Shown piece by piece: positions 32,108 to 42,900 of a stretch of DNA of 57,886 nt. Numbering within the stretch: the first letter of the stretch is position 1; each line of letters opens with the position of its first letter. Under the pieces are notes generated by a model that saw only the letters and a list, made by a program, of their open reading frames with translations, was not told the origin of the DNA and made no database searches. A program made the position numbers and the translations under genes. Source of the DNA: a virus (taxonomy: Duplodnaviria > Caudoviricetes); IMG/VR virus record IMGVR_UViG_3300042328_002052, positions 1 through 57,886 of that record; one strand, given 5' to 3'.

Positions 32108-33835
32108 TTAAGTAGATATAGTTTTAGAGGAAGGTAGCTCCAAAGGATACCTTCCTCTTTCCATATGTGGTGCTAATATCTTAGCAGCATATTCTCTCAA
32201 TGCATCTTTATTGATTCCAGTTTTTCCTACATAAGTATCTGGAATTTGATCGAATAAATGATCTATGGCATCTATTGATACAGACATTGCCTCTTTAGGC
32301 GCATCGCCACCCGGTATGGATCTTATTTCATCATAACCAATGTCACTGCCAACAGAAGGTGAAGATTTTGTTCTTACTCTCAAATCTAAGCTTTTTACAC
32401 CTTGGCGACCGTGTGGTTCATTTTCGGTTGGTTTTCCAGCTGTGGGATTTATTCTGAATAATCTACTTTTAACAATTTGTCTTAATTGTTCGACCGTGTG
32501 CGCTACAAATCCTTTTGCCGAAAGTGGTTTTTTTGTGTCTGTAAATGTTTTGTGTCCTATGATTTGTGGAGTTTGGATCTTAGACTCCATTTCACTTCTC
32601 ATTTGACTCTCAATCTCAGGGCTTTGTATTAAGCCTCTTACTGCTTTTTTAAAAGTAGATCCCTCTGCTGGAAGAGCTACAATTTCTCCTCCGAGCTCAA
32701 GACCTTTTCTTTTTCTAGATAGCTCTGCGACAGGTTTTCTATCTGTTCCGTAATCTACTTTTACTAGCCTGTCTTCAAAACTTTTTGATTTGGCTGTGGG
32801 ATCATATTTAAAACCATCTGGGGCAGCTTCTGGTCCTTCTGAATCATTCTTAGATGCTCTCTTTTGAGCATTTCTTAAACCCAAATCAATCCACTGTTCT
32901 CCATGCCCCTCTTCACCAGAAGTTGAAGCAGCATGGAATCCGTTGACCCAATCAACCATTCTACCGACATATTCTGTTTGGTTTGGGTTTAATTCAGAAA
33001 GATCATAATTTTCTTGCGTTCCAATGTTAGAAATTAGACGTTCAAGTACATGTCCTGCATGATATCCCTGTTTTGTTGTTTTTACATTTTCAAATAATAT
33101 ACTTAATTTACTTAAATCAACATCTTCCATAAAATCTTTGCCCGGATAATTGATCCAGTACAGATCATGGTCTCCACTTATTGGATTTATACTTTTGATA
33201 CCGATCTTTGCTTTTTTATTTCTTCTTTGGAATCTTTGAAGATAATTTTTGGTTTCGCTATCGGGAACATCCTTCCACTGCTTTGCGCTCTTGAAAGAAA
33301 TATATTCCTCTGGGCATACTTCAAACACTTCACAATTATCGAAATACTTTGGCTTCTTCTTTCTCTTTAAACCCATTCCGAGTATGGGATCATATCCTGC
33401 TACACCACCTTGGGAAACTTCTGGAGATGCTGGAACTGATAAACCACCGGGGCCCGGACCAGCTCCTCCACCTGTGGTCATATCTTCTAAAAGCTGAATG
33501 TAGCTAACTTCTTCATTTACATTTGCAGTGATGAACCCCTCCATGAAAAAATTGTATTCTTCAGATGGAAGATTAAACTGCTCACCGAACATATTCAAGG
33601 TTGCCATATAGTTGGACAACTTTGCTTTTGTTGTTCCATATGGAAGTTCTTCAAATATCTTCTTTAATTTTATTACCAAATATTCAAATGAATCTATGCT
33701 GCTTTCTGGTTTTATTATATTTCCATTGGCATCTATCGTGCCAGCACTATATGCTTCAAGTGAGGTGTAGGGAGCACTGATGCCCTGTGCTAACTTGTAG
33801 AAGTAGAATGATGGTACGTAGGAACTAGCTTTCAT
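32108..33835 (-). CDS. hypothetical late (probable virion) protein
   Basis: 575 aa; TAAATA upstream; LLE cleavage-like site followed by a Gly-rich segment. Confidence 0.75.
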   Translation of the reverse strand: MKASSYVPSFYFYKLAQGISAPYTSLEAYSAGTIDANGNIIKPESSIDSFEYLVIKLKKIFEELPYGTTKAKLSNYMATLNMFGEQFNLPSEEYNFFMEGFITANVNEEVSYIQLLEDMTTGGGAGPGPGGLSVPASPEVSQGGVAGYDPILGMGLKRKKKPKYFDNCEVFEVCPEEYISFKSAKQWKDVPDSETKNYLQRFQRRNKKAKIGIKSINPISGDHDLYWINYPGKDFMEDVDLSKLSILFENVKTTKQGYHAGHVLERLISNIGTQENYDLSELNPNQTEYVGRMVDWVNGFHAASTSGEEGHGEQWIDLGLRNAQKRASKNDSEGPEAAPDGFKYDPTAKSKSFEDRLVKVDYGTDRKPVAELSRKRKGLELGGEIVALPAEGSTFKKAVRGLIQSPEIESQMRSEMESKIQTPQIIGHKTFTDTKKPLSAKGFVAHTVEQLRQIVKSRLFRINPTAGKPTENEPHGRQGVKSLDLRVRTKSSPSVGSDIGYDEIRSIPGGDAPKEAMSVSIDAIDHLFDQIPDTYVGKTGINKDALREYAAKILAPHMERGRYPLELPSSKTIST

Positions 33836-33845
33836 ACATTAATAT

Positions 33846-36800
33846 TTATGTAATATAGGTTGGAGTACCACCATTTGTTGCTCCGCGCAACATTGTAAGA
33901 GGATTGTATGTAATACCGTTTATTGGTAGGTTTAGTACACCAAGTCTTTGGGCTTCTGGAACTGGCGGATTGGTGACCACTGGCAATTCGTATGTATTAG
34001 TGGTCCACCAAACACCAAATTTATTATTTCCATTCTTAATAAAGTTGGTAACTCCAGCAACATTGTATGTTGTAGGTTGTCCTGTTACCGATCCTTGGAT
34101 TGTCACAGAACTTGTTGCTGGGTGAGCAAAAGTTACTCTCCACAGATAGGTTCCGTTTACCAGTTGTGCACCAGACATCAAATATTCTCTTTCATCGAAG
34201 TTTACTGGTGCAAGATACATGGTTTCAGATACAACTCCTCCAGCAATAGTATTGCATTCGTGAACAACATCGTTCACCTTTCTAGCAAGATCCATTGCAA
34301 GTGCACCACATACTCCAAAACTTGTTACTCCGGCAGTAACTCTTGGGAATCTTTGATTTTCCGCTGGTGCAATTGGACCACCTGTATTATAAGCGCAAGT
34401 GTAACTTATAGGATTCCAGTAAGAATACTTCCAAGTTTTATTAATATACTGGTGTCTCATGTTTTCGTAGAACATGGGACCATTTTCACCTTGCAAGAAA
34501 GTAATTCCCTGTGCTACAGTATTTGTAAAGTATGTACCAGCTGTCAATCCAGTTGGAACAAAGTAATAATTTGCCAAGTTCAAATTTGAAGATGGTGTAA
34601 TGCTTTCGCCACTATATTCCTCATCGGATTTCCAATTTTGGATAGCTATCCAAGTGTTAATTGGTTTTTGAATTCCATTCCAACGAGAATTTGCAACTGG
34701 AGGAAGAACATTAGCTCTTTGTGCATTTGCTCTGTACACATTAACAAGAGCAAGATGGCGACCCCAAGAAACATCTGCTAGTAATGCAACGAAACCCATT
34801 GGATACCAGTGAGTCCAGTATTGGTTATATATTGATCCTGCTGGTAATGTGTTTCCCGGCACAGGATAACCACAGTTATCAAAATCATCTCTTGACCAGA
34901 AAGTAAAACCAGATGCACCGCCTCTACTCAAATTTCTACGAACAGTAATCCCACCCATTGTGAGCCCGACAACTATATCTTTTCCTAGTGTTGGAATATG
35001 GTTTGCGGGACCATATGTTACACCAGAATTCCAGTTTAGATTTGTTATATTGAATACTGGATTCAAATACCAAGAAGGTAAGTGTGGAGCTCTATCATAT
35101 CCACATAGTGTTGTAGCACATGCAGTAGAACCAGAGGCACCCGATACATCAAACCTGAACGCAGCACTATTTCCAAGACGCTCGGCACAATAAAGGAATT
35201 CAACTAGTTGTCCAGCTGAAGCTCCTGTATTTCCTAGATAATTTCCGGGTAACCAAGATTTTAAGAATTTTGATTCACCTTTAGCGACAATTGCATTATA
35301 CATGGTGAAGTTAGCAACATGTCTTTTTGCAAATGTATTTCCAGAATTAGCTTGACCAAAAGAATTACCAGAATAATCCAAGTTTCGGTCAATAGATCTT
35401 GGAGAATTGCTTATTTCGTGGAAAGCTGCACCCACTCCACCATATGCGTGAATATCACCAAAGTTTCCTACTTCTCTTGTGTATGTCTTTGGTGAATTTA
35501 AACCACTTACATCGTGTGTATCAAAACCATAATAATATACAACTTGTGCATCTGATGCTGCCCTTGGTATTGGATACTTTAAATAATCTGGTGTGCTTTG
35601 ATTCATGTCTCTATTCATGAATCCAGTATAAGACCAATCTAAACTTGGTGGATTTTTAAAATTAGCAACGCCAACATTTGTTTTATAATATCCATAGTTT
35701 GAAACGGGATAATTATCTGCAGTTAAACCAAAAGCTTGTTTGAAATCATTTGCAGCATCTGTCCAATGGGCGGCTACCCAATCTTTCATAATTGCTGCAT
35801 ATTCTGAAAGCTGCCATTGGAAAGCAGAACCACTTATTACAATATTTCCTGTTATACCCGCACACTGTCCCCTAAATGTCATTCCATCAACATTTTTCCA
35901 ACCAGATCCTGTAGTGTAACCCATAGAAAGCATGAAAGCTCGCATGGAAGTGATGCCTTCGGCAATCAAGCAATCTGGTGCAGCACAAATTCCAGTAAAT
36001 GAAGCCCACCAAGTATTTCCTGTTGGGCTATTATTTGGATACAACCAAACATTTTGTGCGCCCGAGTCGTTATCTATAGACCTAAAATCAAAGAAATTAT
36101 AATATTCATCATCACATTCCCAACCACCCATTGTGAATCCACAAGCACCCATCAAAGCATATACTGTATTCAATTCTTTGCGAACAAAATTCATTTTTCT
36201 TTTCAACCACGGAGTTGGGGTTAATATTCCACCTCTTACTCCGTTAGAGAATACTACAGTATCCGCATTTGCAATTCCTGTGGCTCCAAAACCCGCAATT
36301 CCATCTATAGCTCTCCAATGTCTACTGGGTGCCAAAATTCTTTTCTCTGGTGGAACCCAAGAAAATATTTCCATTATGTTTATTACGTCTTGGTATAATA
36401 TAAATCCAGTAGAACCAAAACTCATTCCAATGTAACCTGTTGGGGTGTTCCATGGAGCTTGGTTCCAGTTTATGTCGAAAGAGCCAACAGGATCACCGAC
36501 ACCGGACCAGTTATTATCTGTTGCACTCATTGATGGAGGAAAATTGCCTAAAGCTAACTGTGCTTTGTCTGGTCCTTTTTTACCAGAAGGCAAAAATACC
36601 GAGTACCACATATAGGTAAGTCCGTTTTGACTTCCCCACTGTTCTGTTTGGTTCCACCAACCATAAGGTGATTGCCACATATCTACAAATGGTTCTATAT
36701 TTGCTGCACTTATAGCTGATCTTCTATCAGTTCCACCATCAGTATCGCTAGAATCCGCCAAACCTTCAAATTCTTGATCAGAATAACCCAAGGAAGCTGC

Positions 36801-37013
36801 AAGAGCCACTGCTTGTGCATAATCCATGGCGTGACCAAATTGGTTCACGAACATATTCAAATCAGGATTAAATGAATAAACTAAACCATTGTAGCTAAAG
36901 CTTGATGGTGCGCTTGAATTCTTAGATTCTTTAATAATTCTATAATCAATTCTGTTAAGTTCATTTCCATAAGAAGCCAAGAACATGTGTAGTGGATTAT
37001 AGTGGTTTAGCAT
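33846..37013 (-). CDS. large Gly/Thr/aromatic-rich structural protein, paralogue A
   Basis: 1055 aa; first ~100 aa nearly identical to paralogue B; shared C-terminal blocks. Confidence 0.8.
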   Translation of the reverse strand: MLNHYNPLHMFLASYGNELNRIDYRIIKESKNSSAPSSFSYNGLVYSFNPDLNMFVNQFGHAMDYAQAVALAASLGYSDQEFEGLADSSDTDGGTDRRSAISAANIEPFVDMWQSPYGWWNQTEQWGSQNGLTYMWYSVFLPSGKKGPDKAQLALGNFPPSMSATDNNWSGVGDPVGSFDINWNQAPWNTPTGYIGMSFGSTGFILYQDVINIMEIFSWVPPEKRILAPSRHWRAIDGIAGFGATGIANADTVVFSNGVRGGILTPTPWLKRKMNFVRKELNTVYALMGACGFTMGGWECDDEYYNFFDFRSIDNDSGAQNVWLYPNNSPTGNTWWASFTGICAAPDCLIAEGITSMRAFMLSMGYTTGSGWKNVDGMTFRGQCAGITGNIVISGSAFQWQLSEYAAIMKDWVAAHWTDAANDFKQAFGLTADNYPVSNYGYYKTNVGVANFKNPPSLDWSYTGFMNRDMNQSTPDYLKYPIPRAASDAQVVYYYGFDTHDVSGLNSPKTYTREVGNFGDIHAYGGVGAAFHEISNSPRSIDRNLDYSGNSFGQANSGNTFAKRHVANFTMYNAIVAKGESKFLKSWLPGNYLGNTGASAGQLVEFLYCAERLGNSAAFRFDVSGASGSTACATTLCGYDRAPHLPSWYLNPVFNITNLNWNSGVTYGPANHIPTLGKDIVVGLTMGGITVRRNLSRGGASGFTFWSRDDFDNCGYPVPGNTLPAGSIYNQYWTHWYPMGFVALLADVSWGRHLALVNVYRANAQRANVLPPVANSRWNGIQKPINTWIAIQNWKSDEEYSGESITPSSNLNLANYYFVPTGLTAGTYFTNTVAQGITFLQGENGPMFYENMRHQYINKTWKYSYWNPISYTCAYNTGGPIAPAENQRFPRVTAGVTSFGVCGALAMDLARKVNDVVHECNTIAGGVVSETMYLAPVNFDEREYLMSGAQLVNGTYLWRVTFAHPATSSVTIQGSVTGQPTTYNVAGVTNFIKNGNNKFGVWWTTNTYELPVVTNPPVPEAQRLGVLNLPINGITYNPLTMLRGATNGGTPTYIT

Positions 37014-37032
37014 GATTTTCTTTGTATATTAT

Positions 37033-40000
37033 TTATGGGAATGCTGATACACCATTCCAAGTTGTTGTTCCCGCAGGCAATCCCGGATTTATGGGCTGTG
37101 GGGGATTCAAAACTACTGGAATTTCATAGGTACTGGATGACCACCACACTCCTCTATGGTGGTTAGCATTATCTATAAAATTAGTAACTCCAGCTATATT
37201 ATATTGAGTAATCTGATTTGTAACACTTCCTCTGACGTTTATAACTTCGGATGCAGGGTGCAAGAATGTGATGCGCCACATGTAGCTTCCATCCACTAGC
37301 TGTGCACCAGAAATGTGATATTCTTTTTCAGAATTGTTTACTGGAGCCAAGTACATGGTTTCGTTTACCATTCCTTTGCACGTGGTATTACATTCATGCA
37401 ACAATGTATTTACTCGCATACCACCTCTATAAACCAGATCACCACAAACACCACCTAAAGTGAATCCACATACTCCAGTGGGTGCAGCAACTACTTTGTC
37501 ATTTCCAAGAATTCCTCTAACTTCATCTGGATTCAAAACAGGCCATGCCAACACTTTGGTGTTTCTATTCCATTGAGGAACAGGTTCTGTCCTTCCCGGA
37601 TTTACAACACAACTGTATTCCCCACCACCCCAAGTAGTAAATGCATTTGCTTTGTGTAAGAAAGCATGTCTAAAATTTTCTGCCCAGTAATCGTTTATAT
37701 CACCATAGAAGAAAGTTGCTCCTCTTAGTTTATAACCGGAGCCATCCCAATTTTGCCAAGAAACATCGTAGGTAATTCCCTTTGGTTTGAAGTAACCGTA
37801 GTAATAAACACCATTATCTTTCATGTATGCTGTATTGTCATTTGCTAAGTTGAACGTACCCATTATGGCCATATTTGGATCCAAAATCCAATAGTGTGAT
37901 GGGTTTTGTTGAGCAGCTGGATTTCCTGCATTTCTTTCGACAAATGTCTTCAGCATTTCGGTTCTTGCCATGCTTCTCATAGAACATAGATCTGCAACAA
38001 ATGCAAACCAACCCATAGGATACCAGTGAGTATCATAATCTCTGTAAATAGTACCCGGTAAGAAAGTTATTCCGGGATATGGGAATCCACAGCTATCCCA
38101 TAAGAACAAGGCTCCACTGTAACTTGGATTTGTTGTAAGTGCTTCTACTGTATATGCACCTTGTGTTACACCATAAACAGCTGACCACAAATTTGTTGGC
38201 AGCATATTTACTGGGCCATTTCTATCGGTACATTGTGTTATTCCAAAAATATCATGAAAGAACCACGGCATTGATTTTGGAGCTTGACCATTGCAAGTAG
38301 TACAAGTTGCACCCATTCCAGCTGAAACTCCAGAATAATTTCTTGCATATGTTTCCATACACCAGTTATTTGGAATTCCAAAAGATGAATTGTTAAATGT
38401 AAATCCTAGGCCACCGTTAACGCTTACTCCTCTATAATTTCCCGGAACGTGTAGTCTCATCGGTCCAGTATTTTGTCCAGCACTTGAATATGCTGAACCA
38501 ACCATAAATTCATAGTTTGATTTAATACCTAAACTGCTGCCAGCGTAGCCATATGTATTTCCATAATAAATTCTTCCAAAATCAAATAAATTGGTTGTCG
38601 CTGAACCGAAATTGAAACTTCCATTAATTATTCTTGCTCCAATATTTGTAGGAACACCGATATAATTATTTGGGAATGGCCCATACAAATTCATTGAACC
38701 TTGATTTCCATTTTTGGAAAATTCTGGTCCAGAACTTGCTGTTGATATATCTATTCCTGCAAATGCTTTTGTTGCCTTTGGCTCGCTTAAAGATGTGGTT
38801 GGATAAATTTGTGTTTCTACATCCGGAGAAACTAGAGTCAAATTATTTGGAAGTGGGTTATTTCCCAAAAATGTTCCATAAGTTTCTTTGTATGAATAAT
38901 TATTAATAATAGCTGTAGTATTTCCAGTACCAACCATTATTTCTTTGAATGGTTGCACCATAGCATCTTCTACGAAATAACCAACAAATTCTTGTATAAC
39001 GGCATCCCATACACTGCCTTGCCAAATATTACTGGATCCGCCGGGATTTATTGAATCTTTGCTATTATTTTGTGATATATTGAGCAAGTCTACGCAAAAA
39101 GCTTGTGAAGTATTTGTAGTAGAACCACGAAGGATTAACAAATCTCTAAAATTTGTAACACCAGTATTCAAAAATAGGCTTCTAGGTGCGGCAGAGGCTC
39201 CAGTAAAACCTATCCACCAAGTATTTCCAGTAGAAATTCCTGAAGTTCTGAATAGATTTTTTTCAATACCAGACGCAGTAGATGTTCTATTTAATGTATA
39301 CAACGATGAAGCATAGAAAGCTTCGTCATCATTCAACATTCCAGACATCGTAAAGCCTCTATTTTTGAGAGCAGTGAGAATATTTCTCATCTCTCTTTCG
39401 GCATATTGAGTTTTTCTGGCTTTATAGGGAGAAACCCACACATTTCCAAGACCATTCACTACATTTTCGCTGACTGTTGTTGTTGTTGTTGGAATATAAT
39501 TGGTCGCTATTTCATTTTCTTCAATCTGTCCACCCCAAGCAATAATCTGGGAAGCATACGTATTACCAGCACCTATATTTGGTCCTGTTACACCAACAAC
39601 TCTTAACAACATTCCCATAGTTGTGGCCGGAGGCTGAACTATGAATTGGGCTTGATATCTAGTCCAAGCCGTTCCCAGTGAAATAGAACCCCAAGAACCA
39701 CCAGAAGATATAATATTTTGATTTGGTAAAAATTCTACAAATAAACCTGCTGTCAATCCTCTTAACCAAATACTTGAACTATATGTTGCAGAAGGATTAG
39801 ATAAATTTATATTTTGACCAAAATTATAAGAAGTTGTTCCCGGTATATTATTGTAAACAATTCTAGTTGCTGTTAAAGATCCATCTGGTGCAGTATCACC
39901 CAACGATAGTGCTGTTGCGCCATTTGAAGTATTCCAAGGGGTTATATGTAAATTTTGACTTTGGAGAATTAAATTTGTTCTTCGAACATATTCTATTCCA

Positions 40001-40776
40001 GTTATGCCACCGCCGTCTGTAAAGGCAGACCAGAGTTTTCCGGGCATGAACATTCTATGTTCTGGTGGTATCCAACTATATGCATCAATTATATTATCTA
40101 TTTCTAGTGTAAATCCGTGATTAGTTGCACCAAAAGTAAAATCATTTGGAACAGTTGGGCGTTGAACATATTCATACTTATTCCAAAAATATTGATAATC
40201 ATTATTATTTGGGCCTCCGATTCCGGTCCAACCTCCACTGAAACCGTATGGGCTATTAAAAGTCAAATTATCAGCCCAAACACCAGCCAAAGTAAGTCCA
40301 TAATTTCTATTAAAGTACCATATTGCCGGATAACAATATGTCAACCCTTTAGTATCGTTATATGACGAAGGCCATGTAATTCCGTAAGCAGGACCACCTT
40401 TTCCATATATTGGGAATCCATAGAATGAATACCAGCTATAATTGTAAACAAATGGGTTACTTAATGTATTAATGCTAGATCTTCTTCTGTCGGTTCCACC
40501 ATCAGTATCCGTAGAATCTGCTAAACCTTCAAATTCTTGTTCTGAGTAACCTAAAGATGCTGCAAGTGCAACTGCCTGCGCATAATCCATCGCATGGCCA
40601 AATTGGTTCACAAACATGTTCAGATCGGGGTTAAAGGAATAAACTAGACCATTGTAGCTGAAGCTTGATGGAGAGCTTGAGCTCTTGGACTCCTTAATCA
40701 TTCTGAAATCAACACGATTCAATTCATTTCCATAAGAAGCCAAGAACATGTGTAGTGGATTATAACGGTTTAGCAT
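37033..40776 (-). CDS. large structural protein, paralogue B, with an inserted carbohydrate-binding-like domain
   Basis: 1247 aa; insert RTNLILQS..TAPDGSLTA..AWGGQIEE..ATNYIPTT is typical of phage fibre/spike modules. Confidence 0.8.
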   Translation of the reverse strand: MLNRYNPLHMFLASYGNELNRVDFRMIKESKSSSSPSSFSYNGLVYSFNPDLNMFVNQFGHAMDYAQAVALAASLGYSEQEFEGLADSTDTDGGTDRRRSSINTLSNPFVYNYSWYSFYGFPIYGKGGPAYGITWPSSYNDTKGLTYCYPAIWYFNRNYGLTLAGVWADNLTFNSPYGFSGGWTGIGGPNNNDYQYFWNKYEYVQRPTVPNDFTFGATNHGFTLEIDNIIDAYSWIPPEHRMFMPGKLWSAFTDGGGITGIEYVRRTNLILQSQNLHITPWNTSNGATALSLGDTAPDGSLTATRIVYNNIPGTTSYNFGQNINLSNPSATYSSSIWLRGLTAGLFVEFLPNQNIISSGGSWGSISLGTAWTRYQAQFIVQPPATTMGMLLRVVGVTGPNIGAGNTYASQIIAWGGQIEENEIATNYIPTTTTTVSENVVNGLGNVWVSPYKARKTQYAEREMRNILTALKNRGFTMSGMLNDDEAFYASSLYTLNRTSTASGIEKNLFRTSGISTGNTWWIGFTGASAAPRSLFLNTGVTNFRDLLILRGSTTNTSQAFCVDLLNISQNNSKDSINPGGSSNIWQGSVWDAVIQEFVGYFVEDAMVQPFKEIMVGTGNTTAIINNYSYKETYGTFLGNNPLPNNLTLVSPDVETQIYPTTSLSEPKATKAFAGIDISTASSGPEFSKNGNQGSMNLYGPFPNNYIGVPTNIGARIINGSFNFGSATTNLFDFGRIYYGNTYGYAGSSLGIKSNYEFMVGSAYSSAGQNTGPMRLHVPGNYRGVSVNGGLGFTFNNSSFGIPNNWCMETYARNYSGVSAGMGATCTTCNGQAPKSMPWFFHDIFGITQCTDRNGPVNMLPTNLWSAVYGVTQGAYTVEALTTNPSYSGALFLWDSCGFPYPGITFLPGTIYRDYDTHWYPMGWFAFVADLCSMRSMARTEMLKTFVERNAGNPAAQQNPSHYWILDPNMAIMGTFNLANDNTAYMKDNGVYYYGYFKPKGITYDVSWQNWDGSGYKLRGATFFYGDINDYWAENFRHAFLHKANAFTTWGGGEYSCVVNPGRTEPVPQWNRNTKVLAWPVLNPDEVRGILGNDKVVAAPTGVCGFTLGGVCGDLVYRGGMRVNTLLHECNTTCKGMVNETMYLAPVNNSEKEYHISGAQLVDGSYMWRITFLHPASEVINVRGSVTNQITQYNIAGVTNFIDNANHHRGVWWSSSTYEIPVVLNPPQPINPGLPAGTTTWNGVSAFP

Positions 40777-40795
40777 GATTTTCCTTGTATACTAT

Positions 40796-41194
40796 TTAGT
40801 TTTCGGTCTGGGAAAGCTTTCTGTCAACCCTAGGATCCGTGTTTAATTGCAAATAATTTACTTCTGGAACATTTTTTACAGAAAAATTTAAAAATGATGT
40901 AAAAGATTTTAAATAGGAATGCAATCTTGGTTCCAATTTAAAAAACAGTATTCTGGCACAATTTTCATCACCGAATACGTTTTTTAAAATTATAAGATGG
41001 TTTATTATAAGTCTTTCCCGTATAGACTTAAGAGTTTTATGTTTATGAATTTTTTGAAGTAATCTTTTAATATATTTGATGCGTTTTAAATCATCAACAA
41101 ATTCATTTTTACCAGAGCACTCTGGATTAAAATAACATCTCTGACAGAATTCTAAAAAATCAGATTCTGTCAGAGGTGTGTATTTTTCTTTCAT
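40796..41194 (-). CDS. conserved T4-like phage protein
   Basis: YFNPEC..EFVDDLKRIKYIKRL..ERLIINHLIILKNVFG. Confidence 0.8.
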   Translation of the reverse strand: MKEKYTPLTESDFLEFCQRCYFNPECSGKNEFVDDLKRIKYIKRLLQKIHKHKTLKSIRERLIINHLIILKNVFGDENCARILFFKLEPRLHSYLKSFTSFLNFSVKNVPEVNYLQLNTDPRVDRKLSQTEN

Positions 41195-41198
41195 TTGT

Positions 41199-41753
41199 TC
41201 AGTGCATGCAACCACAGTCAGAGCCTACCGAATCACCGTTATATGAAGAAGTTTCAGTAGGCAAGATAACCATATTGACTTTTCTTAAGCCATTTGGGAG
41301 TCGCACTACATTTACAGATAATTTTAAAGAATGGCCTAGTTTTTCCTTGATGCCGTCACCCTGAGCGAATCCCTTTTGATTGACATCATCATAAGGATTT
41401 TGTCCATACACTCCCAGTTGTGGGCTACCATATTGAACTAGTTCATAACTATTTTCACCGTCTTGAAGCTTACCATTGCACATGAAATCCAAACCAAAGT
41501 GGTTTAGCTTTTGCTTTACGACGCTTGTGATTCCATCCGGATCTATATAATCTCTGCTGGAAAATCCGCTTAATAATGCATTGATGGCATCGATTGAAAA
41601 GGGAAGCTTAACATTAAAGGTTCCCTTGTCTGTTAGAGCTGATGGGCCTTTTGGTGCTTGCGGATCACCGATATAAAGACCTCCACCAAAGGTGTGTTCT
41701 GGTGCATTTTCGACAATTGTATTGATTTTTCCTAGTAGTTGTTTGAATTTCAT
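41199..41753 (-). CDS. hypothetical late protein
   Basis: MKFKQLL..IVE leader; TAAATA upstream. Confidence 0.7.
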   Translation of the reverse strand: MKFKQLLGKINTIVENAPEHTFGGGLYIGDPQAPKGPSALTDKGTFNVKLPFSIDAINALLSGFSSRDYIDPDGITSVVKQKLNHFGLDFMCNGKLQDGENSYELVQYGSPQLGVYGQNPYDDVNQKGFAQGDGIKEKLGHSLKLSVNVVRLPNGLRKVNMVILPTETSSYNGDSVGSDCGCMH

Positions 41754-41772
41754 GGCTTCTCTCTTATTTAGG

Positions 41773-42900
41773 TTAATTTTTTGTGTTTCTGTATTCCATT
41801 AAACCGAACAAATCAGAATTATAAGACTTGCCATGTAAATTTTTCAATGCTCTTTCAGCAATGTCTTCGGACAACTTCTTCCACTTTCCACCCTTGCTCT
41901 TGTAGCACTTTGCAGCCCAAGCATTGGCGTAGGCAGATGGGTAGACATCAAACTTTTTCTTTGCTTGGGCAACGCAAGAACTCCATTGTTTTGGGTTCTT
42001 TGGTTTGTTTTCTTCCTTCAACATTGCGCTTACTGGCTTTGCACTCCAAGTCTTGCAAGCCCAGTAACGAGCCTTCCATCTTGGTCCCGGAGTATCGCAA
42101 TTGTGTCTGGCTCTGAAGTTTCTGCGACGATCGGGATCATCGCGCTTGATTTCCATGTTTGGATCACCAAAGTTTACTTTTACGACATTTCCTTTGTCGT
42201 TCTTTACATAAACTTTGTACTTCTTTACATCCCCACGCATAATTTTGTTTAACTTTACTTTTTTCTTTTCTTCTTCGTAAAGCTCTAAATTCTCACCAAA
42301 TTCATTTAGCTCATAGCCTTCTGATGTGTCTACGAAACCCATAACGGTCTCGGGATCAAAAGACTCATAAACTTCACAGCCCTTTTCATCGGTCAATGTT
42401 AACTTTATCTTGCTTTCATTAACCTCAATTAGGTCAACATTAAAAATTTGACCAGACTCATTTATGATAATATCAAATGGAAGTAACTCTTTAGCTTCTA
42501 TTGTCGCAAAAGATAGTGGAATGAGTTCTGTGTTTTCTATTAAGAAATAGTCAAAAGACTCTTTTAACTTTGTTACACCAGTCTCAACAAATACTGGCTT
42601 TTTGCCTTTTCCCTTTACCGATCCCTTTTTGCCTCTTCCAGCTTTCTTCTGGGCCGATCTCTTTCTTCTTACAAATGAGCCTACTTTTTCTTTGCCGAGT
42701 TTATCTGCTTTTTGTCTGCTCAAGCACGCTGAATAAGGTTCGCCTTCCTTTGCATCACCACACTTACCTATTCTTTCACCTTTTGTGTTGTAGCGATCCC
42801 ATCCCGGTCCACCACCAGCTGATTCTTTGTTGAACCACTTTCCAAGGCCAGAGTTTGCATAAACCTTTTCTGTGATGAACTTTATCTGTTTAGAAATCAT
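41773..42900 (-). CDS. multi-module basic protein of T4-like phages
   Basis: Modules GLGKWF..WDR..GKCG, KKYKVYV..KVNFGD..FRARHNC and KFDVYPSAYAN, separated by LxE sites. Confidence 0.8.
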   Translation of the reverse strand: MISKQIKFITEKVYANSGLGKWFNKESAGGGPGWDRYNTKGERIGKCGDAKEGEPYSACLSRQKADKLGKEKVGSFVRRKRSAQKKAGRGKKGSVKGKGKKPVFVETGVTKLKESFDYFLIENTELIPLSFATIEAKELLPFDIIINESGQIFNVDLIEVNESKIKLTLTDEKGCEVYESFDPETVMGFVDTSEGYELNEFGENLELYEEEKKKVKLNKIMRGDVKKYKVYVKNDKGNVVKVNFGDPNMEIKRDDPDRRRNFRARHNCDTPGPRWKARYWACKTWSAKPVSAMLKEENKPKNPKQWSSCVAQAKKKFDVYPSAYANAWAAKCYKSKGGKWKKLSEDIAERALKNLHGKSYNSDLFGLMEYRNTKN

